A program made the translations under genes and the position numbers. From the NCBI GenBank assembly GCA_053919585.1, contig CM132786.1: a stretch of 64,000 bases of DNA. The stretch is one strand, 5' to 3'. This DNA comes from Euprymna scolopes. Lineage: Eukaryota. The notes under the pieces were generated by a model. It made no database searches and was not told where the DNA came from. It saw only the letters and a list, made by a program, of their open reading frames with translations. Of this stretch, positions 51,890-64,000 are shown piece by piece. Within the stretch, counting starts at the first letter, position 1. Each line of letters begins with the position of its first letter.

Positions 51890-52121
51890 TTTTCTTAGCC
51901 TTCGGGCTAAGATCACAGTGTAGTATCTGTTCTCATGCTACACTTCACCTTTTCTGTCCTTACTCAGTGAAGGAGAAATCCTTCATGGCTGAGACAATTT
52001 TTATTTTTGTTCCTATCCAGAGCGCCCCTTTTTGGGGAGCTGGATTTTCTCTACATTAAAAACCGACATTGTGTCCAACTCTGCCCTCATGGGGAGGCAA
52101 GTAAATAAGAACAGATAAGGA
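51890..52121 (+). mobile_element. U2 snRNA-headed structured repeat, copy D (tandem with C)
   Basis: TTCTTAGCCTTCGGGCTAAGATCACAGTGTAGTATCTGTTCT ... ATAAGAACAGATAAGGA. Confidence 0.9.
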
Positions 52122-52449
52122 TTGTTATTTCGGTTTCTTCTAGACTAGTTGTCCCTAACAAAGCTTGAAAGTTTAGTCTTTCTTACTATTTTACACATAA
52201 ATGAGGGGGAGGGGTAGATTTCCTAATGGTATTAGAAAAATTAACTTTACACCCAATTCCAAATGTACAGTATGTGGTCTTTTTAAATACTCTAGCCTAT
52301 AAATACTGAGCAGACTTAACATTACTTAATCTCATGATCTGAAGAGGCATTTCAATACGACATAAAAGTAACTATAACTCTTACAAATGACATTTTTAGT
52401 ATTTGTTGTTGTTTTTTTGACAAAGAATTGTTGCAATGGTGCTCACCCT

Positions 52450-52720
52450 GGTTGGGTTGAGTCAGCTTCTTTCTTGAATAATGGCAACCACATGCAAAGT
52501 TCTAAGACAGTTAATCATGATTACACGATTGAAAACCAACTACTTGTGTGTACCTGAGGTCAGCTAATTCCTCTCTAATGATTATCATACGCATCTTCAG
52601 CTTCCCACTGATACGTTTGTGTCAATAAGGTTACAGAAGGAGTTGCATATTTCTGGGAAATCATTTTCTAGTTTCTTTATCCTAATAAGTTTGTAAAATG
52701 GTTGAATATTCAAGACAGAA
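52450..52720 (-). pseudogene. Possible hAT transposase C-terminal dimerisation domain relic
   Basis: LENDFPEICNSFCNL..NVSVGS resembles the FP..L..L..PVS.AS.ER motif, but is heavily degraded. Confidence 0.35.
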
Positions 52721-53621
52721 AATTTTTTAACATAATCAGTGAGATTAATATTATTTATTTTAATTGGTTTTAAGGAAAAAAGATTAGTTTTATTGTAGAT
52801 ATGATTTTGCATATTAGGAGTAAAATAATTTGGTTAACTGCTCTAAAAAGCTAGAATGGACTGGAAATGGAGGGGGGGTTACGTTAAACCTATTCTCTCC
52901 TCTAAATTCTAAAATAATTGTTTTATATTTTTCTTTTACTAAGTTTTTTAGTGGGTTCACACATAATTGCCTAACCAAAAAAAGTAGAATCACGTTTGGA
53001 AGAGGGGGGAAAGGGTCAATGAACAAATCCACCAAAATAGTTTTGCAAAATATATGCTGTTTTCAATCATCAAAATATTTTGGCTTTTGACCTGCAGCTA
53101 TCAAGTATTCCGTATCCTTTAAATACAGTCAGCATGTTTGATAAAATTTCTATCATCAGATGAGGAATATTGAACAGCAATGAAATCTATAATTGGAATC
53201 AGAGTGGACAATTCAAAATGAAATATAGAAAATCAATGAGTTCCTGACCTTGAACTAATGAGTAAAAACAAATTCAATGCATCTCACAAGATCCATTCGT
53301 TCTCAGTTAATATAAATAGTAAACTGACAAACTTGGATTTGGATATGCATCAATTTATATGCCAACATTGGATTTTCAAAACAATTTATAGACAAAATGA
53401 TTAAATGCAATAATTTTTGGATTCACAAACCATTTCTATCTCTAAGACAAATCTTTATATCAGTGAGAAATACAAAACATTTGAAAGGCGTGAACATCTT
53501 CACAATAAACTAAGTCTAGAAGATGAACATTTTTTTTTTTTTTTTTTTTTACTTTTGATCACCTCAAACAGGGCATATTGCTACTGAAGCAAAGAATTTC
53601 TGTGATAAATTTATAGAAGGA

Positions 53622-53668
53622 CTAGCTTGGGTTCCCAACGTTGCCCGGGTGTTTAGGGGTGTGTGTTG

Positions 53669-53703
<35 letters not shown>

Positions 53704-53843
53704 TAGTAGGTAGGCAGGCTCGAACCCGTACCACGAAGGAGGAAAAGAACACGAAAAAAAAAACTTGACATGTTTGCTGTTGCATCCATCACCAAACCAG
53801 AAGTGATATAAGTTCAAATTAAGGCTGAGATTTATAGAATAGA
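53622..53843 (-). mobile_element. Internally deleted Helitron
   Basis: CTAG/hairpin at left, GAGATTTATAGAATAGA at right. Confidence 0.8.
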
Positions 53844-53849
53844 TAATCT

Positions 53850-54220
53850 ACGCGAGGATTTAGGCAGCAAGATATTTATTCACATTACATTTAAATTTCT
53901 GCATGTATATAAAATTGAGGGAAATAGGGAGCAGCAAAGGAATTTCAGGAACAAGCAGTCTGAGAAAAGTATGACCAGGAAATCTTGTCATTTACGGACC
54001 TCTACAGTTAAGGGGTGGGATTTACTGCTAGTCAGGTAAGGCAGGTATTTACATTGATGGGGGAGTACAGATGCAGTAAATTCTGAGAACATTTGCAAGT
54101 ACTTGTATAAACCAATCAGAGATACAACGCTGTGACAAATTGACAGGAGTTTAAGATTGGCAGACCATGTGGAACATGGCTAGTGGTTGCTGCACCAGTC
54201 CAGATAAGAGATATGCGTGT
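53850..54220 (-). mobile_element. Degraded CR1/L2-group LINE 3' fragment
   Basis: Reverse match to 7700-8060 (IWTGAATTS; AAATCCCACCC). Confidence 0.7.
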
Positions 54221-54969
54221 TCACTTATCCTCTTACTACTACTACTTTTATCTTATTGAACCTAGGAACATGAAATTTGGTAGGTCTGGCCCTATAACTA
54301 TGCAGTTTACCCTAAGGTTATATCTTTTCACAAGAAATAATGAAACTTCACCAAAATGTTGCTTATTTCTGATTTAACTAAAATTTAAACTAAAAATGAC
54401 CAACAACTACCCTCAAATGAAGACTCACCAAAATTAAAACTTTCAGTAATGAAAACTCGATTGCCATAGATCCATTTAGAAGTGTGTTTGGGAGAAGGGT
54501 AAGATAAACCTCTTATTTCAGTATTAAAAACACATCCTGAGAAAGATAATCCAGCTAGTATGTAATATTCAAAATATAAAAAGAATATAGCAACATCAAA
54601 TTGTATTTTGAATTGCCATCTTTATCTGTTTGGTATAACATTATTTTGTACTAAAGAGCTTTCTTTAAAGGTTTCATAAATCAAGGAAATGGAACCCTTT
54701 CATCTGTTCAAAAAGGTTAATATTTTTCATGGTTATATATGTATATATATTTTTTTTTCTTTCTTTCTTTCTTTCCATCATTCTTCTTAGACTTTAAACT
54801 AAATAAACAATTTTTTTTTTTATATATTACAACGCTTAATGATATTTAATATTATGTTTAAGGTCATCATCATTTAACAGTAATCAATGGGTGAAAATTA
54901 TTGTTTGGTTGTTTAAAATTTAGTTCATTACAAAGTAAAAGAAAATCTTTTTTTATACCTTAGTAAAGA

Positions 54970-55090
54970 CTAGCCTGGATGCCTGGCATTGCACGGATGT
55001 TTGGAGGTTTGTGTTGAGGAAAAAAAAAAAAAAAAAGTGGTAGTAGGCAGGTAGGCTCGAACCTGTACCGCAAAGGAAGAAAAGAATGTG

Positions 55091-55124
<34 letters not shown>

Positions 55125-55438
55125 GTGACGTCTTTGCTGTTGCAACCATCGCCAAACCAGAAGTGCGAATATTGGAATTTTATTAAAGCTAGTCAATCGA
55201 AAAGAAGGGATGACTTTCGAAAATATCGGCAAAAAAACAACCCCTCCCTGTAAAAAAAGTGCCCAGTTGAGGTGAAAGAATGTTTTTAGCTAATTTTTCT
55301 ATATTTGTCGTCCAAAGTAGGGGGGGGGGCTTCAAAATGATACCAATCTCGTGAAAATCCATCGCCTCTGTTGAAAGTTTTAAGCAGACATACAAACATA
55401 CATACATTTAAACAGATAGGTGAGATTTATATTAAAGA
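54970..55438 (-). mobile_element. Non-autonomous Helitron
   Basis: A|CTAG ... GA|T termini; same family as 11100-11559. Confidence 0.88.
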
Positions 55439-56392
55439 TGGTGCCAAGGTTTCATATATATATATATATATATATAATATATTTATTTGTACAATAATGT
55501 TTGTATGATAAATAAACCTACTATAAACACAGTGTTCGTTCATTAAGCACTTTTTAATAAATATAGGAGTTTCAGTGAATTTACATCTAGGAAACTAAAA
55601 TATACGACCATTATATATATATAGTAATGCAAATAGTTTGTTGGTAAGACGTTTAGGTTTTTTTTTATATAAACAACTAGTTGTCTTGACTGCTTTGTTC
55701 AGGAGTATATGGCATTGTTTATATTTTGAATAAAATATCTTTTTGAAACTAGTTATTTTCAACTAAGAATTTAATAAAAATAAAATGGTTGGAATATAAT
55801 TTTGGAAGGCTTTGCAAAATTGCATGTTTTTTTTAAGTGAAAATAAATGTGTATTGAACTTCAAAATGTGAGCAATGAAAAATTAAAAGAAAAAAAAAAC
55901 ATGGAAACTTTTGTTTGTGCATGGACAAAATAATCTGTACCTAAGTGCAGATACAATTTGCAACATACAGAAGTTGCCTGTGTATGTCTCAATCAGTATA
56001 CCAGGTCATGTCTAGTATATAATCAATTAAATTGATTAGAATTTAAATTTTCAACAGTAGAGTACAGAAAATTATGACCTAATTGAATAATCAGAATCAA
56101 ATATCGCTGCATTGCTGTTTAGGTCCAACAAGGAAAATCACACAACTATATATGCTAGGGTAGTACGAAGATATGACCACATGCATTGTCATTACATTGT
56201 GATTAATATTCATGAAATTAAATTCTTTTTAACATTGGAATTTGAAAGTTTTCTTTTACCTTATAACATTTGATATTAATATTCAAATAAAAATAATTGA
56301 ATGCAAGTTTTTTGGTTTTTATTAATTACTCATTAAAGTGAAATGATTTTTTATAAGGATTTTGAAACTTTAATTGAACAAATATTTATCTA

Positions 56393-56655
56393 TCTACTAT
56401 TATTAAAAGTCACTTTGTGTGTATGGGTGGGAGTTCCAAAACGGCTATCTTTTGCAATTTTCACACAAAGCGAATTTATATGCCTGATAGTGTTCTTAGA
56501 TATGTTTTGTACAGAAATTCATTTGATAAGTATCGAAAAAAATCCGATCTTAAAAATAGCTTCTCTCTCTTATAGATAAAAAGAATTTTTACAAGGGAAT
56601 ATTTTACATTACACCGGCCAAGGAAGATAAAATTTCAGCAAACCATTTTTTCTTT
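56393..56655 (+). mobile_element. Second-family Helitron 5' part
   Basis: TCTACTATTATTAAAAGTCAC start; reverse match to 15360-15640. Confidence 0.7.
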
Positions 56656-56658
56656 ATA

Positions 56659-56695
<37 letters not shown>

Positions 56696-57449
56696 AAAAA
56701 TTTTTTTCAACTTTCAAAACTATAAAAAATCCATTAAAAGCATTGAAACTAAATTGGTTCCAATGCTTTTATTAGGGTTTTTATAAGTGCTAAGGAACAC
56801 AAGTAATTTTAGTAGAGTACTATTTCTTCACTCATATTTAGGACAATATCTATTATTGTTTATTAGGGATTTCCAAATACTTGTGTAAAATTACCAGCAT
56901 TTTACGCCATGTCATTATTTTTATTATTATCTTATAATTGTGCATACTTTTTATGGATGCCGCTAGTCGCTTTAATTGAATCAAGCAGTGTGTTTTTTGG
57001 GGTTTTTTTGCTATTTTTATGTTAATTTTATTAATTAGAGATTTCTGTACATTTTTTTTGGAAAATAGGTGTCAAAATCAAGTTGATCCCACCAAGAAAT
57101 AAGCACCTTTTAACACTTAAAATAATTTCAAGTTGTAGTTGAATTTGCTATTTCATAAGTGCCAATAGTCATTTTTTTTATATTATGTGAAAATATATAT
57201 TTTTTAATTTGAAATCCTTACTAAAAAATCTATGTTTAAACTTTATATCGCGGAATATTGGAATTTTATTCAATTTAAATCTTAAAAATTAATATAGAAT
57301 TCTGTTTTTTGTTGTAATTTAATTATAGTACATATTATTGAGAAAAAAACGATTTCTTGAAACAATGATTTTATGTGCTTATTTTATTTATCACTTCAAG
57401 GTAAGTAAAATAAGTAATGAGTTTATATCTATAATATTTTCATTGCAGA

Positions 57450-57935
57450 AATTCCCCTCTGAGCCAAATTACTGTAGGTTTGCAATAACAGATGCCGGAT
57501 AGAAATTTATTATGCCTAAACTATTATCCACCATCTTACGTAACTTTAGAACACCGTATCATACACATTTATTCATTATATTAAAATCCTACATTTCTTC
57601 CTAGGAGAAACATCACGATCAACATATTTAGAGGAAGTAGTTACTACTTTTCTCTCTAAATCTTAAGTCCTCATACCGCCACCAGTGTACACCGGGAACT
57701 AATCTATACATTATACATATACCACCCTGTCTAACTTCATAACTGGCTCATAAACTCGTACACAAACCATTAACTTTCCTTTTTCAGTTACAAAACAAAT
57801 AATTTCTCCCTCATCCAGTCCCAACAAATCTCATTGGCTGCAAGTTGTACAATCTCTTATCCGGGAATACAACTCTTAAATAAACAAACACGCTAGACCT
57901 TATCGAGCTGCAATCATTATAACCTACAACACACC
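57450..57935. repeat. Unclassified dispersed repeat, paralog of 21340-21890
   Basis: Colinear shared words as listed for 21340-21890. Confidence 0.6.
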
Positions 57936-60900
57936 AATTGTTTTTCCCCCTCTTTTTTCCCCTAAATTCTAGCCATATACGCTGCTTATAAAATTTACCA
58001 CAACCAATAACACGATTATTAAAGTTGAGACCCAAATTTTGTGTGCTTTAGAAACCTCTAAACTTTCCAGACCGTTTGATTTCTTCCACCTTTTCTACCA
58101 TCTACATAAACCAGACTAAAGTTCTTTCTATATACCCTACATATAATAAAAAAAAACAAAAAAAAACGATTACGTCTACAATTTTACAGTAGACATTTTT
58201 CTCACAAACAAATACTGCGGGATAAAGTTTTACAATGATTTACTGTTTTTTCACTTTCTTACCATTGAACACTGAAAATATGCTAGTTTAATTACACAGT
58301 AGATAACCTTCTGTTTACATTAGTTGATTTTTGTTAGATTTTTTAAACACGAGCATATTTACGCTTTCAAAAATATCACTACATAAAAATGTTTTAAGGC
58401 GTCAACAATGTAAACACGATTTTGGTCTCGCATTTTCATTATTTCCGTATGCAGGAAAAATGTTTTAAATATTACTAGTTTATTTAAAACTTCTTTTAAA
58501 CGGTACAAAAATTATATTAAATTAAATTACAGTTACATATGGGAGGGAGGTAAGTCTGTGTCTCGCGTTGGAGGAACACATTTTTGTTTTTTTATTTTTT
58601 TTTATTTCAGAAATGTCATAGGAATAACAAATAAATGATACAAGCTTACAATAATCGAAAATATTTCAAACTTATGTCATCAAAAGAAAATATTTGAAAA
58701 TAAATTACTTAAAAGCACGAAAATTTACAAAGAAAAACCTTTTCAAATATTTGATTAAATGTGCAAAGGAAACTTATGTAAAGGTTGCTGGTTGCTTTTA
58801 TTGGAGGGGGTGGGTAATAAAATATAAAACTAACCATTTTAAAAATGTGACTAAATATTGTATTATTTTTTTAAATTTTAAATCAATAGTTGTACAACGG
58901 GCTAGTAGTCATGCTGTAATAACAATAGAAAAAAAAAGGAATATGAGGAAGGGGGAGAGGAGGAGTATGGAGAGAGTTAGAGAGGGGGAAAGAGAGAAAA
59001 ACAGCTGCCACCAAAATGGACAATAATAACTGAGAAACAAAGTGATTACAACAATTTGAGGAAACAAAAATCAAATGTCTGATTTACACCATCTTTTTTG
59101 TTCTGATGTTTTGTTTAAAAAAAAAAAAAAGCTCTAAAAGAGATATTTGATTTAAATAACAATTATATCAACAGTTACACATAAAACATTAAGTTTGTTT
59201 GTTTTGTGTGTTTTTTTTTGTTTTGTTGTTGTTTTTTTTTGTTTGTTTTTTTTTTTGTTTTTTACTGTCTTACTCAGTAATCTGTTCGATAAACATTCAG
59301 ACCGATTTTTACAGAATTGGCATGTTCGTATTTATTTTCTTCAAAGGTTCCTCTCTTCTTGTCAATCTTTACTAAATATCTGGGGTCAAGGACAACAAAA
59401 TTAAATTGCGGTATAAAGCAAACTAATAAAAAATAAAAGCATTCCTAAAAAAATAGTAGAGTGCTACGTCACGACTGCTACGTTATTTAAATAAAGACCA
59501 CACACAATCATAAACACTTCTAAAAATATTTTTTATGAACAAAAATGTGCAAAAAGGGTTGTTACCTTTTTTTTTCTTAAATCACAAGAAAAAAAAGAGC
59601 AGCTAGCTGGCTGTTGTCAAGGGCACAAAGTTAGAAAGAATTGTTTTGACTACATAGGAAAAGCAAACACGAGAAATCTAAAATAGAAAGCGTTACAATA
59701 TACAAGTCCTTTAAAAGGTACATAAAAAATGTCGGACAATTTTAGAATCTGAGAAATTTTAAGGGTAAAAAAGAAACTATTAGTGATCTGATCGACGTAA
59801 AAGATTGAATCGAAATGACAACAAAGAGAAGGATGTGTTAACAAAGGTGGGAGGGGGGTATTTATTTGCTTTTTTTTTTTTTTAAACAAGGAGTGAATAA
59901 ACACGAAAATACCTTAAACAATAGCAAAGTTCCATCTACACGCAGAACAGTTATTATTAGAAAAAAAAAAGACGTCGTGCAAAAGAGCTAATTGAAGATA
60001 TAAACGTTTGAAAAAAAAAAAACGATAGAAATGCAAATCCTACACGAACATCCAACGAACAATGATTTTAAGTAAAAGCTCTAGTAAAGATGACATTATA
60101 AATGTGTGAAAGAGAAGAGGAGGACATCATCTATAAATAGAGCCGATGGAGAAAAATGAATGTTTACAAATAAACGAAAAGCCGAAACGAATAATAGAAT
60201 AAAGACCGGAAGGATGCGAAGTTCTGGTTAAAAATAAACATTAGCAAAACAGATTAGAAGAAAACTGACTAGCTAATAGTTTTCTTGGTTAAAAAACAAA
60301 AAATAAAAATAACCGAACCAACTTCCTACGGTAACTGGAAACGTATTTTCAGCTTGAATTGGATCTAAGAATTATTTTATGAACTGTATAGATTTAAAAA
60401 TAGAACTGCACTAAATGTAAGCGTCATTAGGGTAATAGAGTGCAAACACACAAAGACTGACAACCTTGAATCAATTTATTTAAAATAAATACAATGGATT
60501 TTTAGAGAAATATATTTAAATACTCAAGAAAAATACATTAAAAGGTATTTCGATTAATAAGATTGATTTTGAAAATTTCTGAAAAACAAATGATTGTTCG
60601 CCATTGTCAGATTAAGTTTGTTTTGTATTTTTTTTTTTTTAATTTGTTAAACAGCAATCAATATTAGTTTTGCCTTAGATAACATTTTATAAGCTTTTTG
60701 ATAACTTAACCGCTGATCCTAAAATCTTAGTTCTTAGCGACCAAAATAAAATAGCATTCAGGTTTTGAATTGTTTTAATTCAATATTGGCGACAAATGAA
60801 ACAATATTGTTTGGAGTTGTTTGGAATTAGCCAGTAATGCGTCATTTGATCAATATTTATTAATATAATTTTTACTTTTGAAGCATTCTTTCACAAGCTT

Positions 60901-60974
60901 AAACAATATATTCCATCGTAAAAGTAAGAAAAATAAACAAAATAACACCCACGCCCATGTGACTGGAAAGGCAA

Positions 60975-61772
60975 ACGGATATTTTAATTTATATTTTTTT
61001 AATCCAATAAAAATCATCGGCATGATCAAATGTTTTGTTGGCATCCGTCGATATCGGACGGAATACCCTTGCCAAAATCACCGCTTAAAAAATCGTCCAC
61101 ACATAAAACTTAAAAATCGAATCGGAAACTCGAAAACAAAATGAAACGAACTTTATTTTTATTATTACCAGAAAAGATGTATTTCCCCTGTTATTTCAGT
61201 AAGAACGAATTAACTATTTCGTTATCCTTCTTACTAAAATAAAATTAATTCATTTTATTTTTTCCATGCGTACCTGCTAATTATGTTAATATTTTTTTTT
61301 TACTTTATAAAAATCCAATGTTGTTTTCATTACGAAATTGTTTTATGAAAATTATATTTTCTTACGCAGACTTTAAAATAAATGTTTTTACAATTATATA
61401 TTGATACATTTTTATACAATAAATGTTTTGGTTTTCAAATATTTTGTGTTCGGCAAAAAAAATTCTTCTTTGTTACTTACTTGTGTTTTGACCAAGCAGA
61501 AATTGGAGTTTTTTTTTGGGGGGGGGGTTATTTCGTTATTTCATTTTCAGTGAAAAAAAATTAAAATTAATTATATTTTATTTTAGTAAGAAAGATAATT
61601 AAATAGTAATTCGTTTCAACTAAAATAATAATAGGTCGCATGAGAAACAAAAAAAATGTTCGTTTTATTTTATTTTCAAGTTTCCGGTTCGATAAATGCG
61701 CAGACGATGTTTTTACGGTGATTTTGATTTGGCCAGGGTATTCCGATATCGACGTATGCCTGTTTTGTTTTT

Positions 61773-61806
<34 letters not shown>

Positions 61807-61825
61807 TTTTTTTAATTTCCGTTAA
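60975..61825. mobile_element. Fold-back element with diverged ~250-bp arms
   Basis: GGCATCCGTCGATATCGGA...AAAATCACCG pairs with CGGTGATTTT...TCCGATATCGACGTATGCC. Confidence 0.75.
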
Positions 61826-61901
61826 ACGTCAAAAATTAAGATGACTTCGGATCTTAGTTTTTATTCATAAATACAAAAAATAAAAATTTATAAAAACAAT
61901 T

Positions 61902-62090
61902 GGTGCTTATGCACTTATGTTACTGTGCTATTTTTTAATTAGTATTTTTAAGTTAAATTCAAATTTCACGATATCTCCTTTGTTAAATTGTTAGGTGAAA
62001 GCACAGAATAGTCACAAAACATGTTAAGAACGGCATTCTAAACACTAACATTATTATTTCAGCACGGTAACATAAGTATGCATAAGCACC
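61902..62090. mobile_element. MITE with GG termini and 8-bp TSD (Merlin-like)
   Basis: GGTGCTTATGCA..TGCATAAGCACC; AAACAATT on both sides; partial copy at 23372-23481. Confidence 0.85.
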
Positions 62091-62157
62091 AAACAATTTC
62101 TTACTAGTGAAAATAAATTATTTCTAAGTTTCATTTTGAATATTTAAAAAATAAAGT

Positions 62158-62752
62158 AGGTTTGTATTACTGTACACTACACATAGATTCGAAAAAGTTG
62201 TCAAAAAACAAATATATAACAAATAAATGTTATCAAAGGCAAGATAAGTTACTTTTCTACCAAACTGGATATATTTTTGTGTTCAATGTAACATTTATTC
62301 AGCTCGAAAAACATGCAGTGTTTACCGATGTATTGGACAATTCAAAATGGCGGCCGACTCTCTCTTAAACACGGTAATTTCGAGAAAAGGTGTTATAAAT
62401 AATAAGCTAGACAAAATACTATTAAAAAAACACCGAATATATGTTAACCTATGTCACGGTAATATATATTGAGCGAATTTCTAAAAGTATTTTGTCTAGT
62501 TTATTATTTATAACACCTTTTCCCGAACTTACCGTGTTTAAGAGAGAGTCGGCCACCATTTTGAATTTTCCAATACATCGGTAAACACTGCATGTTTTTC
62601 GAGCTGAATAAACATGTTACATTGAATAAAAACACGAAAATTATATCCAGTTTGGTAGAAAAGTAAGTTATCTTGCCTTTGATAACATTTATTTGTTATA
62701 TATTTGTTTTTTGATAACTTTTTCGACTCTATGTGTACAGTAATACAAACCC
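62158..62752. mobile_element. Young fold-back MITE, ~265-bp arms, 7-bp TSD
   Basis: Near-perfect inverted arms; ATAAAGT at 62151-62157 and 62753-62759. Confidence 0.88.
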
Positions 62753-62823
62753 ATAAAGTTATTCGTTTACACTAATACTAAAATAGAACAGTACAAACAA
62801 ACCTCTCTTTAACTTATGCCATA

Positions 62824-63011
62824 ATGGCAGTCGGATTTGGATTACAGTGTATTATCTGTTTCGTCAGAGGAAGCGAAAAAGTTTGTGAATTTTTTTTTTT
62901 TTTTTTTTTTTTTACTTATCCAGCTACCTTGATCTGATACCTTTTTAATCAAAAACTCCCTAAATTTTCCCTCGTGGGGATGATGGGGCAAGTAAATAGG
63001 GACAATAAGGA
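62824..63011 (+). mobile_element. U2 snRNA-headed repeat, copy E (highly decayed)
   Basis: GGATTACAGTGTATTATCTGTT, poly-T then TATCCAG, and CCCTCGTGGGGA..GGCAAGTAAATAGGGACAATAAGGA. Confidence 0.65.
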
Positions 63012-63047
63012 CAAAGAAAATGAATACAAGGTTTTAAAACGATCTTT

Positions 63048-63471
63048 GGTGTTTGTTAAGAAAGAATCGACAGATCGATTTTTTTTTTAAATATGTGGTT
63101 TTAAGGAAAAACAACTACTTACATGCCACGACGAAAATAGTAATATATCCAAAAAAATAGGAAAGTTCGAGTAGAAAATTATTTATAGTTAAAAGTAATT
63201 TTTACGGAAACTTGGGGGAAATTGCCTTTTCTCTAGATGTAAACACCTTGAGAATTACGAATACAGGGTGCATATTTATCTCCCCTTTCATAGCGTATTT
63301 TTTTTTTTTTTTTTTTTTTTACTAAAAACAATAGCTGTTCTACTCTATGAATTTTCATAATTCTTGGATATATTACTATTTTCGACGTGAAAAGTAAGTA
63401 TTTTGCTTAAAAGGACATTTTAAAATGAAAAAAAAAATCGATCTGTCGACTATCTTAACAAGCAAAGCACC
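63048..63471. mobile_element. Fold-back MITE with GGTG/CACC termini and ~8-bp TSD (Merlin-like)
   Basis: ~145-bp arms; flanks CGATCTTT and CGATCTTC. Confidence 0.8.
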
Positions 63472-64000
63472 CGATCTTCTTTGAAAGTTGAAGCGAGAAA
63501 CAGGAAGTGGCAGATGGGATGGAGAACAAAAAAAAGTGAATTTATTGTATTTGAAAAAAAAAAAAAAAAAAAAAATTAAACAACCATGCAATAAATGAGT
63601 TTTTATACTGGTGAATGATAATAATCCGATTTGTGTTTTTGTTCTGAAATGTTGCGTTAAAACTTTAAAAGCACAAAACTTCTGGTAAAGGTTGCGTGTT
63701 TAAACAGATAAATGATGAACGAACATAAAAAAAAAATAAATGAAAAACAAAAAAACATTGTACATAAAAACTTATATCAATATTTTTAGTAGTCGTTGCA
63801 ATTACTCGATGTCACTCGGAAGTATTTACTTTTATTTTGTGGGTACTTCTGCAGTTTACGAAATAAGTGAAATAGCGTTATTATTCAGATTCTTATCATG
63901 GGAGAGGGGGGTTGTAAATGCACGTAACAATTTAAAAGATATCGTAAAAATTGATTTTATCTTAAAAATCCTATCTAAAAACTAGCACGGTTCATAAACT

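Noticed and set aside
51659-52121. Functional canonical U2 snRNA genes
   Set aside because: U2 similarity stops near nt 47, stem IIa (ATCAG..CTGAT) is absent, the copies are diverged, and they share no upstream promoter sequence.
51700-52121. Hammerhead, HDV-like, twister, pistol or group II domain V ribozyme, or a U6 fusion, within the U2-headed unit
   Set aside because: CTGATG lacks the CUGANGA core; CCTCGT has no consistent P1/P2 partners; the GAAA hairpin lacks an AGC triad; there is no ACAGAGA box.
2079-63985. Most 60-115-aa ORFs in the supplied track
   Set aside because: They are low-complexity poly-F/K/CV products of homopolymers, microsatellites or repeat antisense strands.

Overview
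AT-rich eukaryotic (invertebrate-type) genomic DNA made up almost entirely of transposon remnants. No intact protein-coding gene could be supported; there is one weak candidate minus-strand exon near 10.5 kb. Contents: three defective copies of one mariner family; many 3' fragments of CR1/L2-group LINEs plus RTE and RNase H LINE relics; about 20 non-autonomous Helitrons, two groups of which form head-to-tail arrays of different elements, most carrying tRNA-like A/B boxes; two 5S rRNA-headed SINEs; Penelope-type fragments with minimal hammerhead ribozymes; a 3-kb hAT-like element with a 7-bp TSD and a broken transposase; and many fold-back MITEs. The most unusual item is a ~230-bp repeat family (5 copies, including one tandem dimer, plus an inverted relative). 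It begins with the 5' ~47 nt of U2 snRNA, is highly structured, shows a compensatory base-pair change, and lacks a poly(A) tail and TSD. Read on the minus strand it has the layout of a Helitron2/Helentron-type element whose terminus is antisense U2. All alignments and folds were done by eye, so the boundaries of degraded repeats are approximate.
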